64,000 nt of DNA from a virus (taxonomy: Duplodnaviria; Caudoviricetes): the IMG/VR virus record IMGVR_UViG_3300049988_000245, positions 201,896-265,895 of that record. One strand, given 5' to 3'. This document shows, piece by piece, positions 35,276 to 44,800 of this stretch (its first letter is position 1; each line of letters starts with the position of its first letter). The notes under the pieces were generated by a model. The model was not told the DNA's origin. It searched no databases and saw only the letters and a program-made list of their open reading frames with translations. Made by a program: the position numbers and the translations under genes.

Positions 35276-35575
35276 ATGAGTTGGGCGACCCACTACATCG
35301 CCAAGCTTCAGCAGGGTGAGACCGTACAATTTCGGCCCCGTGGGGGCTCGATGAAGGGAAAGGTCGCCTCGGGTGCCCTCTGCACGGTCGAACCCCTCCA
35401 GGGGCCGCCCCAGGTGGATGACGTGGTGCTCTGCCGGGTCAAGGGGGCGCAGTACCTCCATCTGGTCAAGGCCATCCAGGGGGAGCGCTTTCAGATCGGC
35501 AACAACATCGGCGGGATCAACGGTTGGATCGGGATCAATGCGATCTACGGACGGCTAATCCGCGTCGAAGCCTGA
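35276..35575 (+). CDS. Stand-alone S24/S26-like peptidase domain
   Basis: FRPRGGSMKG...VDDVVLC...YLHLVKA...GNN. Confidence 0.75.
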   Translation: MSWATHYIAKLQQGETVQFRPRGGSMKGKVASGALCTVEPLQGPPQVDDVVLCRVKGAQYLHLVKAIQGERFQIGNNIGGINGWIGINAIYGRLIRVEA

Positions 35576-35576
35576 C

Positions 35577-35604
35577 TTGACTTACTCCCTAATTGGTGTA
35601 CATT
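35577..35604 (+). promoter_or_regulatory. Early promoter, TTGACN-16-TAYATT class
   Basis: TTGACT-16-TACATT preceded by TTGGTG. Confidence 0.75.
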
Positions 35605-35630
35605 GGTGACATCAATGCAGGAGAGCAACC

Positions 35631-36008
35631 ATGTCGGACACCCTCATCAGCAAGATCATGAACACGAGCCCCCGCCGGATCGATACCACGGTCGGCCAGA
35701 CGATCTGGCAGCAGCTTGGTGGTCGTCGCTTCTCCATCATGACTGGTGCGAAGGACATCGCTTTCCACGATAACGGTATCTCGTTCAAAATCGGCCGTAA
35801 CAGCACGGCGACCAACCGGGTGTCGATCACCCTCGATCCCTCCGACACCTACATAGTCGAGTTCCAGAAGGTCTCGTTCCCTCGGGTGAATACGAAGGGC
35901 GAGTTCGTCGATGGCAAGGTGAAGGTGCTTCACAAGGCCGAGGACATCTACTGCGACATGCTGCGTGACTGCTTCACCAACTTCACCGGGCTGTACACGA
36001 GCTTCTGA
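35631..36008 (+). CDS. Conserved phage hypothetical protein
   Basis: TIWQQLGGRRFSIMTGAK...ITLDPSDTY...IYCDML; SD AGGAG. Confidence 0.85.
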   Translation: MSDTLISKIMNTSPRRIDTTVGQTIWQQLGGRRFSIMTGAKDIAFHDNGISFKIGRNSTATNRVSITLDPSDTYIVEFQKVSFPRVNTKGEFVDGKVKVLHKAEDIYCDMLRDCFTNFTGLYTSF

Positions 36009-36039
36009 ACGTCGGTTATTCACTCAGGGGGAGCGTAGC

Positions 36040-36312
36040 ATGCCGGATTGGTTCTCGACCCAGGAAGAGTTGGACGAAGCCATCCGCGATATCAAGGCGC
36101 TCTCCCCGGCCACGCGCAAGGTTCTGGCCAAGGCAATCGAGACCCAGGGGTATCAGGTCTCCAGAATCTCACCCGGTGCAAGAATATTGGAAGACTTAGG
36201 TTTCATCTTTATAAAAGACCTCAGCAGCTTTGGCAGTGAATGCACGTTAACCCCATCATTGTGGGGTGAAGAAGCCTACGGTGCGTTTGAGGACTTGAAA
36301 GGAAAAAAGTAA
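36040..36312 (+). CDS. Hypothetical protein
   Basis: GGGGAG SD before ATG 36040. Confidence 0.7.
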   Translation: MPDWFSTQEELDEAIRDIKALSPATRKVLAKAIETQGYQVSRISPGARILEDLGFIFIKDLSSFGSECTLTPSLWGEEAYGAFEDLKGKK

Positions 36313-36313
36313 A

Positions 36314-36685
36314 ATGGCCTATTTGGGATGGGAATTAAATGAGTCAGACCGGAATCGTCTGCTCGCGCTATTTCCGCCGAAATACCCGGACGTGGTGGCC
36401 CATCACATCACGGGTCAGTTCGGCGTTTCCGAGGACACTCCGCCGCCTGAGCCCGCGACGTTCGTCGTTGTTGGGATAACCGAGGATCGCGGCCTTCTCC
36501 AGACCCTGGTGGTGTCCGTGAACGGCAACACGACCCGTCCGGACGGCGAGACCTATCACGTCACGTGGTCGCTCGACCGTGCCGCTGGTGCGAAGCCGAA
36601 GGATTCGAAGACGGCAATCAAGCGCCTCGGCTATACCGTAACCGAGCGCGTCCCGTTCCAGGCGGAGCCGAAGACTTTCTCGTAA
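36314..36685 (+). CDS. 2H phosphoesterase-family protein
   Basis: Two HxT motifs: AHHITGQF and TYHVTWS. Confidence 0.8.
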   Translation: MAYLGWELNESDRNRLLALFPPKYPDVVAHHITGQFGVSEDTPPPEPATFVVVGITEDRGLLQTLVVSVNGNTTRPDGETYHVTWSLDRAAGAKPKDSKTAIKRLGYTVTERVPFQAEPKTFS

Positions 36686-36721
36686 GGCTCAACGCCTCGC
36701 GCCTCGTCCTGCTCGGGGCGC

Positions 36722-36934
36722 TCATCTGGGGTCACCGCATACGCGCGCGGTCATCCTTGGACCCGACCCAAGGATGACCGGGACAACCCCGCGCTTTGAA
36801 TACGCCTTAATCGCACGGTTGACCGAATGGAGTTCGTCCATAGTCCCGGCGAGAAGCTGTTGCTGTTCGATCGCAAGCGACCGCAGGTCCGCACGCCGCT
36901 GCTGCAACTCTGCGAGAACATTCTGATCGGTCAT
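36722..36934 (-). CDS. Small coiled-coil protein
   Basis: Heptad-rich 70-aa ORF. Confidence 0.55.
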   Translation of the reverse strand: MTDQNVLAELQQRRADLRSLAIEQQQLLAGTMDELHSVNRAIKAYSKRGVVPVILGSGPRMTARVCGDPR

Positions 36935-37002
36935 GGCCGCATCAACCCTGGTGGATCACTTTAGGTCGCGAATCTGCGCCAAAAAGTCAACCACGGAAAG
37001 GG

Positions 37003-37344
37003 TTAAGATTTTCTTCCATTCGGATGAAAGCTGTCGCATAGCCGCGTCATGACGAAGCGTTGCTCAAACGCGTCAATGAATCCCCCCTCGCTATAGCGTT
37101 CCAGTTCCTCGATCGTCGTTTCTCGATAGCCCTCGTCCTGCTTGGTCGCGACCAAGCGGTTCCATCCCCGCCGATCTTTTTCCGGGGGCTTCTTGAACGT
37201 CAGCATGGGTCCGTTCGAGGTCTCGCGCCTACCCCAGAACGTGTACTTCACGTCCGGATTGCTGCGCAGGTGGAAGTACCCCCAAACCTTGTCTGAGTTG
37301 CCATCCGTACAGTGACCAACAAAATCGATCGAATAATCCGCCAT
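37003..37344 (-). CDS. WGR-like domain protein
   Basis: CTDGNSDKVWGYF...YTFWGRR...KQDEGY. Confidence 0.7.
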   Translation of the reverse strand: MADYSIDFVGHCTDGNSDKVWGYFHLRSNPDVKYTFWGRRETSNGPMLTFKKPPEKDRRGWNRLVATKQDEGYRETTIEELERYSEGGFIDAFEQRFVMTRLCDSFHPNGRKS

Positions 37345-37369
37345 CGAAAGCTCCAGAAATAACGCCCGG

Positions 37370-37398
37370 ATTATGCGCTATTTTCGACGATTTGTCAA
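37370..37398 (-). promoter_or_regulatory. Sigma70-like promoter with palindrome over the -35
   Basis: TTGACA-17-CATAAT; CGATTTG-T-CAAATCG at 37388-37402. Confidence 0.7.
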
Positions 37399-37479
37399 AT
37401 CGCGATAGATCGGATTGTTTAATTAAGGTGGGATTTATAGTCGGACTAAATATGAGGAGATATTTAAGGAAATCATTTC

Positions 37480-37866
37480 ATGGCTGTTCCAACAACATAC
37501 AAGGGCTTTAGCACGCAGGGTGCGGAACGCACTCGCCGCTGGACCCGGTTTGATGTTGAATTGGTCAAGACTGATCTTCTTAACCACTTCCATACGCGTA
37601 TCGGTGAGCGCGTAATGCGGCCGGAATTCGGTTGCCGCATCTGGGACTACATGAATGAGCCGTTGACTCCGGCTCTTCGTCAAATGGTTATCGACGACGC
37701 GGTCAGAATCATTCAGAGTGATCCTCGTGTGTCTCTACGTACTGTCAACCTATTTGATTTCGAAAACGGCTTGAGAATCGAAATTCTAGTGGATTTTGTA
37801 GGTCTCGCCGAAAATCAATCTTTTTACATCGATTTTGAGAATCGTCAGAACGGCGGCGCGCTATGA
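37480..37866 (+). CDS. Baseplate wedge subunit, gp25-like
   Basis: ELVKTDLLNHFHTRIGERVMRPEFGCRIWDY..EPLT...IIQSDPRV; TAAATA upstream. Confidence 0.92.
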   Translation: MAVPTTYKGFSTQGAERTRRWTRFDVELVKTDLLNHFHTRIGERVMRPEFGCRIWDYMNEPLTPALRQMVIDDAVRIIQSDPRVSLRTVNLFDFENGLRIEILVDFVGLAENQSFYIDFENRQNGGAL

Positions 37867-38543
37867 TGTTCCATGTCTATGAATTAGCTGACCCTACTGA
37901 TGGGTCAGTGTTCTATGTCGGAAAAGGAAACGCTCGAAGAAAGCGTCTCAACGACCATATTCGACAGGGAGAACGTTTGATCGAAGGTAAATCTGTAAAG
38001 AATAGGATTTTAGCCGGTACGATCCGAGGCATCTTGGAGAAGGGTCTAGCGCCACTTTTCAATGTAATTTTTGAGTCAGAGGACGAAAACTTAATTCTGG
38101 CAATCGAAGTAGAATTAATCGCGAAATATGGTAGAATAAACACTGGTACCGGATGTCTTTCGAATCTTACTAATGGCGCTGAGGGCGCATGCGGCCTTAG
38201 GCATACTGAAGAAAGCAAGTTAGCGATCGGTCGCGCAAGTAAAAGCAGAAAAATGTCAGATGCTGCAAGAGAGAAAATCCGAGTAGCGGCTACAGGCCGA
38301 TCTCACACTTTCGAATCGAAGCAGAAAATTGGCGAAAGATCGAAGTCACGAATTGTTAGTGAAGAAACTAAACTGAAGATATCTATAGCTGGTAAGGGGC
38401 GAGTGCTTAGCGAAGTAACTCGTTCCCGTATATCAGAAAGCAAAAAGGGTTCTAAGAACCCCCGATTCGGCAACTCTGAAAAGCTTAGTCAAAGTCACAG
38501 AGATGCAATTAAAATTTCTTGGATTGCTCGGAGAACAAAATGA
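37863..38543 (+). mobile_element. Free-standing GIY-YIG homing endonuclease with NUMOD3 repeats
   Basis: HVYELADPTDGSVFYVGKG...LSNLTNGAEG, then repeated HTEESKLAI/SDAAREKI/HTFESKQKI/SEETKLKI; AT-rich. Confidence 0.9.
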
Positions 38544-41500
38544 GTCAGAGTGTGCGGCAGTCGGAGCTTTTTGCCGGTCAGGATTGGCAGGTGCTCTATA
38601 GAGCATTCACCCAGATCAACTTCAATGCGTCTGACCCGGCTTCGATCAACGAAGCCCTGCGTAATTACATTCGTTCAAACTATGCGGAAGATTTCTCCGA
38701 CTGGATCGAATCGTCTGAGTTTATTGCGATCGTTGATCTGCTCTCGTACCTCGCTGGTACTCTGGCATTCAAGACCGACATCAACGCGCGCGAGAACTTT
38801 CTTGAGTCTGCTGAGGCTCGTGAGTCGATCCTGCGTTTGGCCCGCTTTCTCTCGTACAATCCGCGCCGCAATTATCCCGCCCGTGGCCTACTCAAGATTC
38901 AGGGCATCCGCACGGATGACGACGTGTACGATTCGTCTGGTAACAACCTCCAGAATCGTCTCCTTACGTGGAACAACTCCGATGATCCGGATTGGTTCGA
39001 GCGCTTCGCTCTCGTCTTGAATTCGGCGTTCGTTTCCTCGCACCAGTTTGGCGCGCCGCTGAAGTCGGCCATCCTTGGTAGCGTCCGGACGCAGCTTTAC
39101 CGGCTGAACGCACGATTCGGTGACTGTAACCTCGGATTCAACGCGAACGTCTCCGGCACCAATATGCCGTTCGAAATCTACAATCTCGATTTCGACGAGA
39201 CCACCGGGTTCAACGAGCGTGCGCCGAATCTCGATTCGGCCATGCACTGCCTCTACCGTGCGGATGGTAATGGCGCAGATTCACCCAATACGGGCTTCTT
39301 CATGGGTTTCCGCCAGGGCACGCTTGCCTATGCGGAGACTACGATCTCACAGCCAACCGAGAATCAGGTGATTGACCTGAGCGTGGACAATATTAACGAG
39401 ACCGACGTATGGGTTCAGACGCTCAACGCGGACAACTCCCTACGTATCGATTGGACCAAGGTCCCGGCGATCTTCTCCGATAACATCACATTTAACTCGA
39501 TCTCCCCGGACATCCGCTCGATCTACTCCGTGGTGACCCGAGACCGTGATCAGGTTAGCTTGCGCTTCTCCGATGGTCGATTCGGCGCCGCGCCGGTTGG
39601 TAAAATGCGCTTCTGGTACCGTACTTCAAACGGTTACCAGTATCAGATTCGTACCTCCGACATGCAGGGGGTCACCGTTGCGATCCCATATCTGAATCGT
39701 CGCGGCATCCGTAAGACGATCACCCTCGTGTTGAGCCTGGAAGAGGCTGTGGCGAATGCCGCGACCCGTGAGACGGAAGAGCAGATTCGTCTTCGTGCGC
39801 CCCAGCTTTACGCGACCCAGGGTCGTATGGTCTCGGGCGAGGACTACAACACGTTCGCGCTCAAATCGAATCAGGCGACTAAGATCAAGGCGGTCAACCG
39901 CATCTATTCGGGTCACTCCCGCTTCCTCGATCTAAACGATCCGACCGGCTCGTATCAGGACGTGAGTATGTTCTCCGACGACGGCCTATTCTACAAGGAA
40001 CGGGTTAAGAATTATGCGGAAGTTCCGCTCACCGAGAACAAAACTCCCTCGGAGTTGACCACACTGTTCGTTCAGCCTGCGATGAAGCTGGTCGAAACCT
40101 ACAACGTGATTCAGGACTACATGATGCGTCAGGCCCGTTCGGGTCAGATTTCCATCCCGGCGGGTCTTGCTTGGATCAAGGCAACGGATAGCCTGTTTTC
40201 ATCCACCGGATGGTTCAACCAGGGCACACCGTTCCTGCGTGTCGGCTCAACCCTTCTGGTTCGGACCGGTCAGACCCAGCGTTGGGTCACGATCACGGCT
40301 GTTCGCGATGATCCCACACAGAGCGTCGAAGAGGGCGTCGAGGGACCCGTCACGTTGGCCGAGCCGATCGATTCTGGTTCGATCATCGTCGGCTGCGTCC
40401 CGTCGTTTTCCTCAACGATCCCGTCCGCCGTGATCGAGCAAATTCAGTCCCGAATCCTGACGTCAATCGGCTTCACGCTGTGGTACGATTACAACCCGCT
40501 GGATCAGCGTAGCTTCTGGTCGCTCCGCAACGCTGAGAACATCGACACGCAGCCCCAGGTGGTCGGTTCGGCCATCAAGGTATTCTCGTGCGAGTATCTG
40601 GCCGATGCGATCTGGCGCTTCACCTCGCCGGGCCTGCGCTACACGTTCGAATCGATCAAGAACGTGCGCTTCTACTTCGATGGCGCCAAGGCGGTGGACT
40701 ACTCGACCGGCCAGACCCACTTTGACCGGATCAAGATTCTCAAGTACAACACTGACCTTCTCTCGGGTCTTGGTCTCGGCCGCGATTACGAACTCGCGGT
40801 CACCAAAACGATCACTTATTCGGACGGTTACGCCGATCCCCGCCGCGTCGCGGTGGAGTTCATCGACACCGATGGCGATGGGGTGCCGGATGATCCGGAT
40901 ACCTACTACCGCGTAGTCGATCACTTTGCCCAGAACACCCTCCTGTTCTGGCAGCAGGACGCCGAAGGTCTGTACGCACCGTTCAACAACATGTGGGTGT
41001 ATGAGCAGGAGACCGATCGGGTTAACTCCGGTGCCCCGCTGGGTACTGCCGCGTTTCAGATCAGTGGCGTCTCCCCAGAGACGTTCTGGTACAAGGGCGC
41101 CCAGGGTTGGGTTCAGCAGTTCCGCCTGTTCCGGTTTGCCCGTGGCCGTGGCTCGAATACCGCCGCGAAGTGGTTCGCAGGTGGCGGCACGGGTATCCCG
41201 ACCCCAAAGGGCTCCTTGGTGAATTTCCAATGGAAGCATTACGCGCCGTCTGATCATCGTGTGGACCCGTCGAAGACAAACATCATCGACATGTTCATCC
41301 TCACGACGGAGTACGATTTTCTTGTTCGCGAGTGGATCAGACAGGGTGCGGACCCGCTCAACCTGCCTGTAGCGCCGACTGAGCTTGAGCTTCGCACGAC
41401 CTTCGGTCAGTACGAATCATTCAAGATGTTCTCTGACGAGATCGTTTGGCGCCCGGTTAAATACAAGTACCTATTCGGTACTGGTGCAGAGGACGCATTG

Positions 41501-41833
41501 AAGGCAACCTTCAAGGTGGTCAAGCTCCCGAACTCAAATATTTCGGACGGTGAGATTAAGGCGTACGTTGCCCGTGCGATCAACGCCTATTTTGCATCTG
41601 ACTTCTGGGACTTTGGCGAAACCTTCTACTTTACCGAATTGGCCGCATACGTTCATCAGCAGCTATCCACCTCGATCGCCTCGATAGTCATCGTGCCGCG
41701 TGTCCAGAATGGATCGTTCGGTGATGGAATTGAAATCCGCTGCCGCCCTGATGAGATTTTCATTTCGACCGCTCAGGTCAACGATGTTACGATCATCGAC
41801 TCTAACACTCCGACGAATTTGAGAATGCGATAA
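38540..41833 (+). CDS. Baseplate wedge protein (gp6-like, large)
   Basis: EDFSDWIESSEFIAIVDLLSY...ARENFLESAEARESILRLARFLSYNPRR; ETEEQIRLRAPQLYATQGRMVSGEDY. Confidence 0.9.
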   Translation: MSQSVRQSELFAGQDWQVLYRAFTQINFNASDPASINEALRNYIRSNYAEDFSDWIESSEFIAIVDLLSYLAGTLAFKTDINARENFLESAEARESILRLARFLSYNPRRNYPARGLLKIQGIRTDDDVYDSSGNNLQNRLLTWNNSDDPDWFERFALVLNSAFVSSHQFGAPLKSAILGSVRTQLYRLNARFGDCNLGFNANVSGTNMPFEIYNLDFDETTGFNERAPNLDSAMHCLYRADGNGADSPNTGFFMGFRQGTLAYAETTISQPTENQVIDLSVDNINETDVWVQTLNADNSLRIDWTKVPAIFSDNITFNSISPDIRSIYSVVTRDRDQVSLRFSDGRFGAAPVGKMRFWYRTSNGYQYQIRTSDMQGVTVAIPYLNRRGIRKTITLVLSLEEAVANAATRETEEQIRLRAPQLYATQGRMVSGEDYNTFALKSNQATKIKAVNRIYSGHSRFLDLNDPTGSYQDVSMFSDDGLFYKERVKNYAEVPLTENKTPSELTTLFVQPAMKLVETYNVIQDYMMRQARSGQISIPAGLAWIKATDSLFSSTGWFNQGTPFLRVGSTLLVRTGQTQRWVTITAVRDDPTQSVEEGVEGPVTLAEPIDSGSIIVGCVPSFSSTIPSAVIEQIQSRILTSIGFTLWYDYNPLDQRSFWSLRNAENIDTQPQVVGSAIKVFSCEYLADAIWRFTSPGLRYTFESIKNVRFYFDGAKAVDYSTGQTHFDRIKILKYNTDLLSGLGLGRDYELAVTKTITYSDGYADPRRVAVEFIDTDGDGVPDDPDTYYRVVDHFAQNTLLFWQQDAEGLYAPFNNMWVYEQETDRVNSGAPLGTAAFQISGVSPETFWYKGAQGWVQQFRLFRFARGRGSNTAAKWFAGGGTGIPTPKGSLVNFQWKHYAPSDHRVDPSKTNIIDMFILTTEYDFLVREWIRQGADPLNLPVAPTELELRTTFGQYESFKMFSDEIVWRPVKYKYLFGTGAEDALKATFKVVKLPNSNISDGEIKAYVARAINAYFASDFWDFGETFYFTELAAYVHQQLSTSIASIVIVPRVQNGSFGDGIEIRCRPDEIFISTAQVNDVTIIDSNTPTNLRMR

Positions 41834-41834
41834 T

Positions 41835-44800
41835 ATGGACAAGCGTCGTTTTATTCAGCAGCTTCCTGAAGTACACAACACCGAGACTCTGAAGAAGTTC
41901 TTCGGGGCCACGGTGGACCAGATTTTCCAGCCGGGTTCTTCGGAGCAGCTTAGCGGATACATCGGTTCGAAGCCTGCATACTTTGATTCGGAGAAGGATT
42001 TTTACCTGACCGAGCCAACAGCGATTCGTGCCGCGTATCAGTTCGATCCTGCCATGGTGTCCCAGGCGGAAAACGGCGACGTTACGAACATTCTCACGTA
42101 CGACGACTTTATGGCGTATCTCCGGGCTGAGAACGCGATCACCGTCGATCACGACCGCATGTTCGGCGACACCTCCTACGGATGGGTGCCACCGGTCGAT
42201 CTGGATAAGCTCGGAAACTATCGGCAGTATTACTGGTTCGGTGATCAGCCAAACCTCCTACCTCCGGTGGTGCTCAGCGTGAGCAACACCACGTATACCG
42301 CTGACGGCCAGACCCACATCTTCGAGATGCCCTCCGCGATCGATGGCGTGTCGGCCGATCGCGAGACCCCGGCGGTGTTCGTCGATGGCCTTCCCGTGGA
42401 GATGCAGGTTGTCGGCCAGTCGGTCGCGCTCGTCGAGACCCCTGGTGCGGGCGCGTCCATCTGCGTGTTCCGTTACGCCGATCTTACGGCGGTGCTCGAC
42501 GGGCAGGTAAACATCGATCCGCGCCTGTTTAATCCGGCCCTACCGATGGATCGTCTAACCTCGAACATGCGCCTACGACTGGAGGACGGTATCGCGTTCT
42601 TCCAGGGCTTCGGGCGCATGCCGTACGAGACCGTCTTCATCAAGATTCCCCGCCTGTGCCAGGAACGCTTCCAAGTGCCCTGGGACGAGTACACACGCCC
42701 GTCTGACTTCTTCGTGGAAGGTGTTGGCTCGCGCATCGTCGTGGCGCCCTACCCCGCGCGTATGACGTACAAGGAGCATGACGCAACCTACACGGTGATC
42801 AACCGCCGTGACATCGCCCGTTCGCCCTGGGTGGTGAACAACTTCTGGGTCCACGAATCCGCATTTCGTTGGGCCGAGAAGAGCTTCCCGTCGCGTCGCG
42901 CCAAGCGCCCGATCGTGGAATTCCTGCCCAACCTCGAACTCATGAACTACGGGCTCCGTCCACTGGAGACCATCACTGGCACCCTCACGGGTGATCCCAT
43001 GTACGTGCCGATCCTGCTCGACAAAGTCGATGCGACGAAGGGCATTTCCGATTGGGACGTGTACCCGTTCGACACCGAGACGTACGAGTCCAGCGGCATT
43101 CGCCCGATCCCGCTGATACAGACCAACGGCAAACTCGTCGGCCAGCTTTTCGTCGATGGCGGCAAGATGCTGAACTTCGGCGACCGTATCCTCGTGATTC
43201 AGAACAGCTACCCCGAGCTTAGCGGGTCGATCCTGCGCGTCCGTCTCGGTACGCAGCCGATCACCGTAACCCTGCCCGATGGGACCACTCAGACGCAGAC
43301 GCAAAGCGTGCTTGTGCTGGTTCCGGAGAAGGCCGCGATCCCCGGCGATACCGTTCGTCTGGAGCGCGGGCGCCTCGTCCCCTGGGATAAGGCCGCAGGC
43401 ACGGAAAACTGGTTCATCTCTCACAACGGCAGCGACCGCCTGCCTTGGGAATTTCTGTCCGAGGCCGTCGAGTACCATTTTGATGGCACCGAAGGCGGAG
43501 ACGGGTCCCTGTGGCGTGAGTCCCAGGCGCCGCATGCAGACCGTCGCGAGCCGCAGTTCGCTCTCTACACAGACGAGAAAGTGCGTTTGGACCGCCTACC
43601 CAATGGATCGTTCCTCGGCAACCGTCTGTTTGGCTACACCCCGGCGAACGAAGAGACGGGCCGTCTCGACGCCGCCCTTGGTCAGTACGTGATCTATGAT
43701 TCGAAGGATGCGATTCAGTTCCGCTTCGATCAGGCAACCGAGCGCTACACCGCGAACGGTCAGCCCGTTGTGGGCTTCCAGTACTATCGCGTGTACGGAC
43801 AGAACGGTCAGCCTGATACCTACTCGAACTCCTGGCACGTCACGGGGGAGCGTTCGCACCAGACCCTCACCAACGGGCTATTTTCGACCCCTCAGAATCT
43901 CGTGGCCAACCCGAACAACGAAGAGGTCTCTACCGTATCGCGTCGCGACTGGCTTGAGAACTTCGCCAACGTGTTCATCCGCCAGGAGGGCTTTACCGGC
44001 TCCCCCTACAACATCAACAACTGGCGCGATTCCGCCCAGACCCCCGGCCTCGGCTTCAACGGCCCGGTCTGGCAGATGGGCCACGACTACGCGGTGGGTG
44101 ATACCTGTAAGCACCTCAACAAGGTCTATCGCTGCACGCAAGCGCACACATCTAGTATTAGCTTCGACGTGCGCTATTGGGCGATTCGCCCGACCCACCA
44201 GATCGTGCAGAACAAGTCACCGCTTCTACGCACGATGCTGCTCGCCTCGGACAAGCGTTTCGACTACCTCGACGCGGTTCGCTACCTCGATGCCGAATAT
44301 GCTCGATTCCGCAACAAGTTCCGTGCTCAGACGATCGAAGTCCGTCGTACCGGCCAGTTGACCGATGCGAACGACCACGATGTATGGGTTGAGACGATTC
44401 TCAACAATCTCAAGTTCACCAAGACGAACGACTTCCCGTTCTCGCTCTCCAGCATGGCGGGCGGTCAGTACTTCATTCCGCCAACTGCCGCTCAGATGGG
44501 CCTGCTCAACACATACGAGCCCACCTACGAGTACGATGACACCTATACTCCGGCGGCCCTGTTCCTGCGCGGCCATGACGGTTCACGCACGCCCGTGGTG
44601 GGCTCGTTCGAGGACGACATCCTGCTTGCCCTTGAGCGCCGTATCTGGGTGAACATCGTGCCGCAGTTCAAGTCCGAAGCCAAGCGCCCGTTCGACTTCT
44701 TTGGCCTGATCGACGGGCGAAACCGTGGTGACGGGAACGGCGACGAGACCAGTGCGGGTGATCCGAACCCGTGTGATAACGATCCGAATCCAATTGAAAC

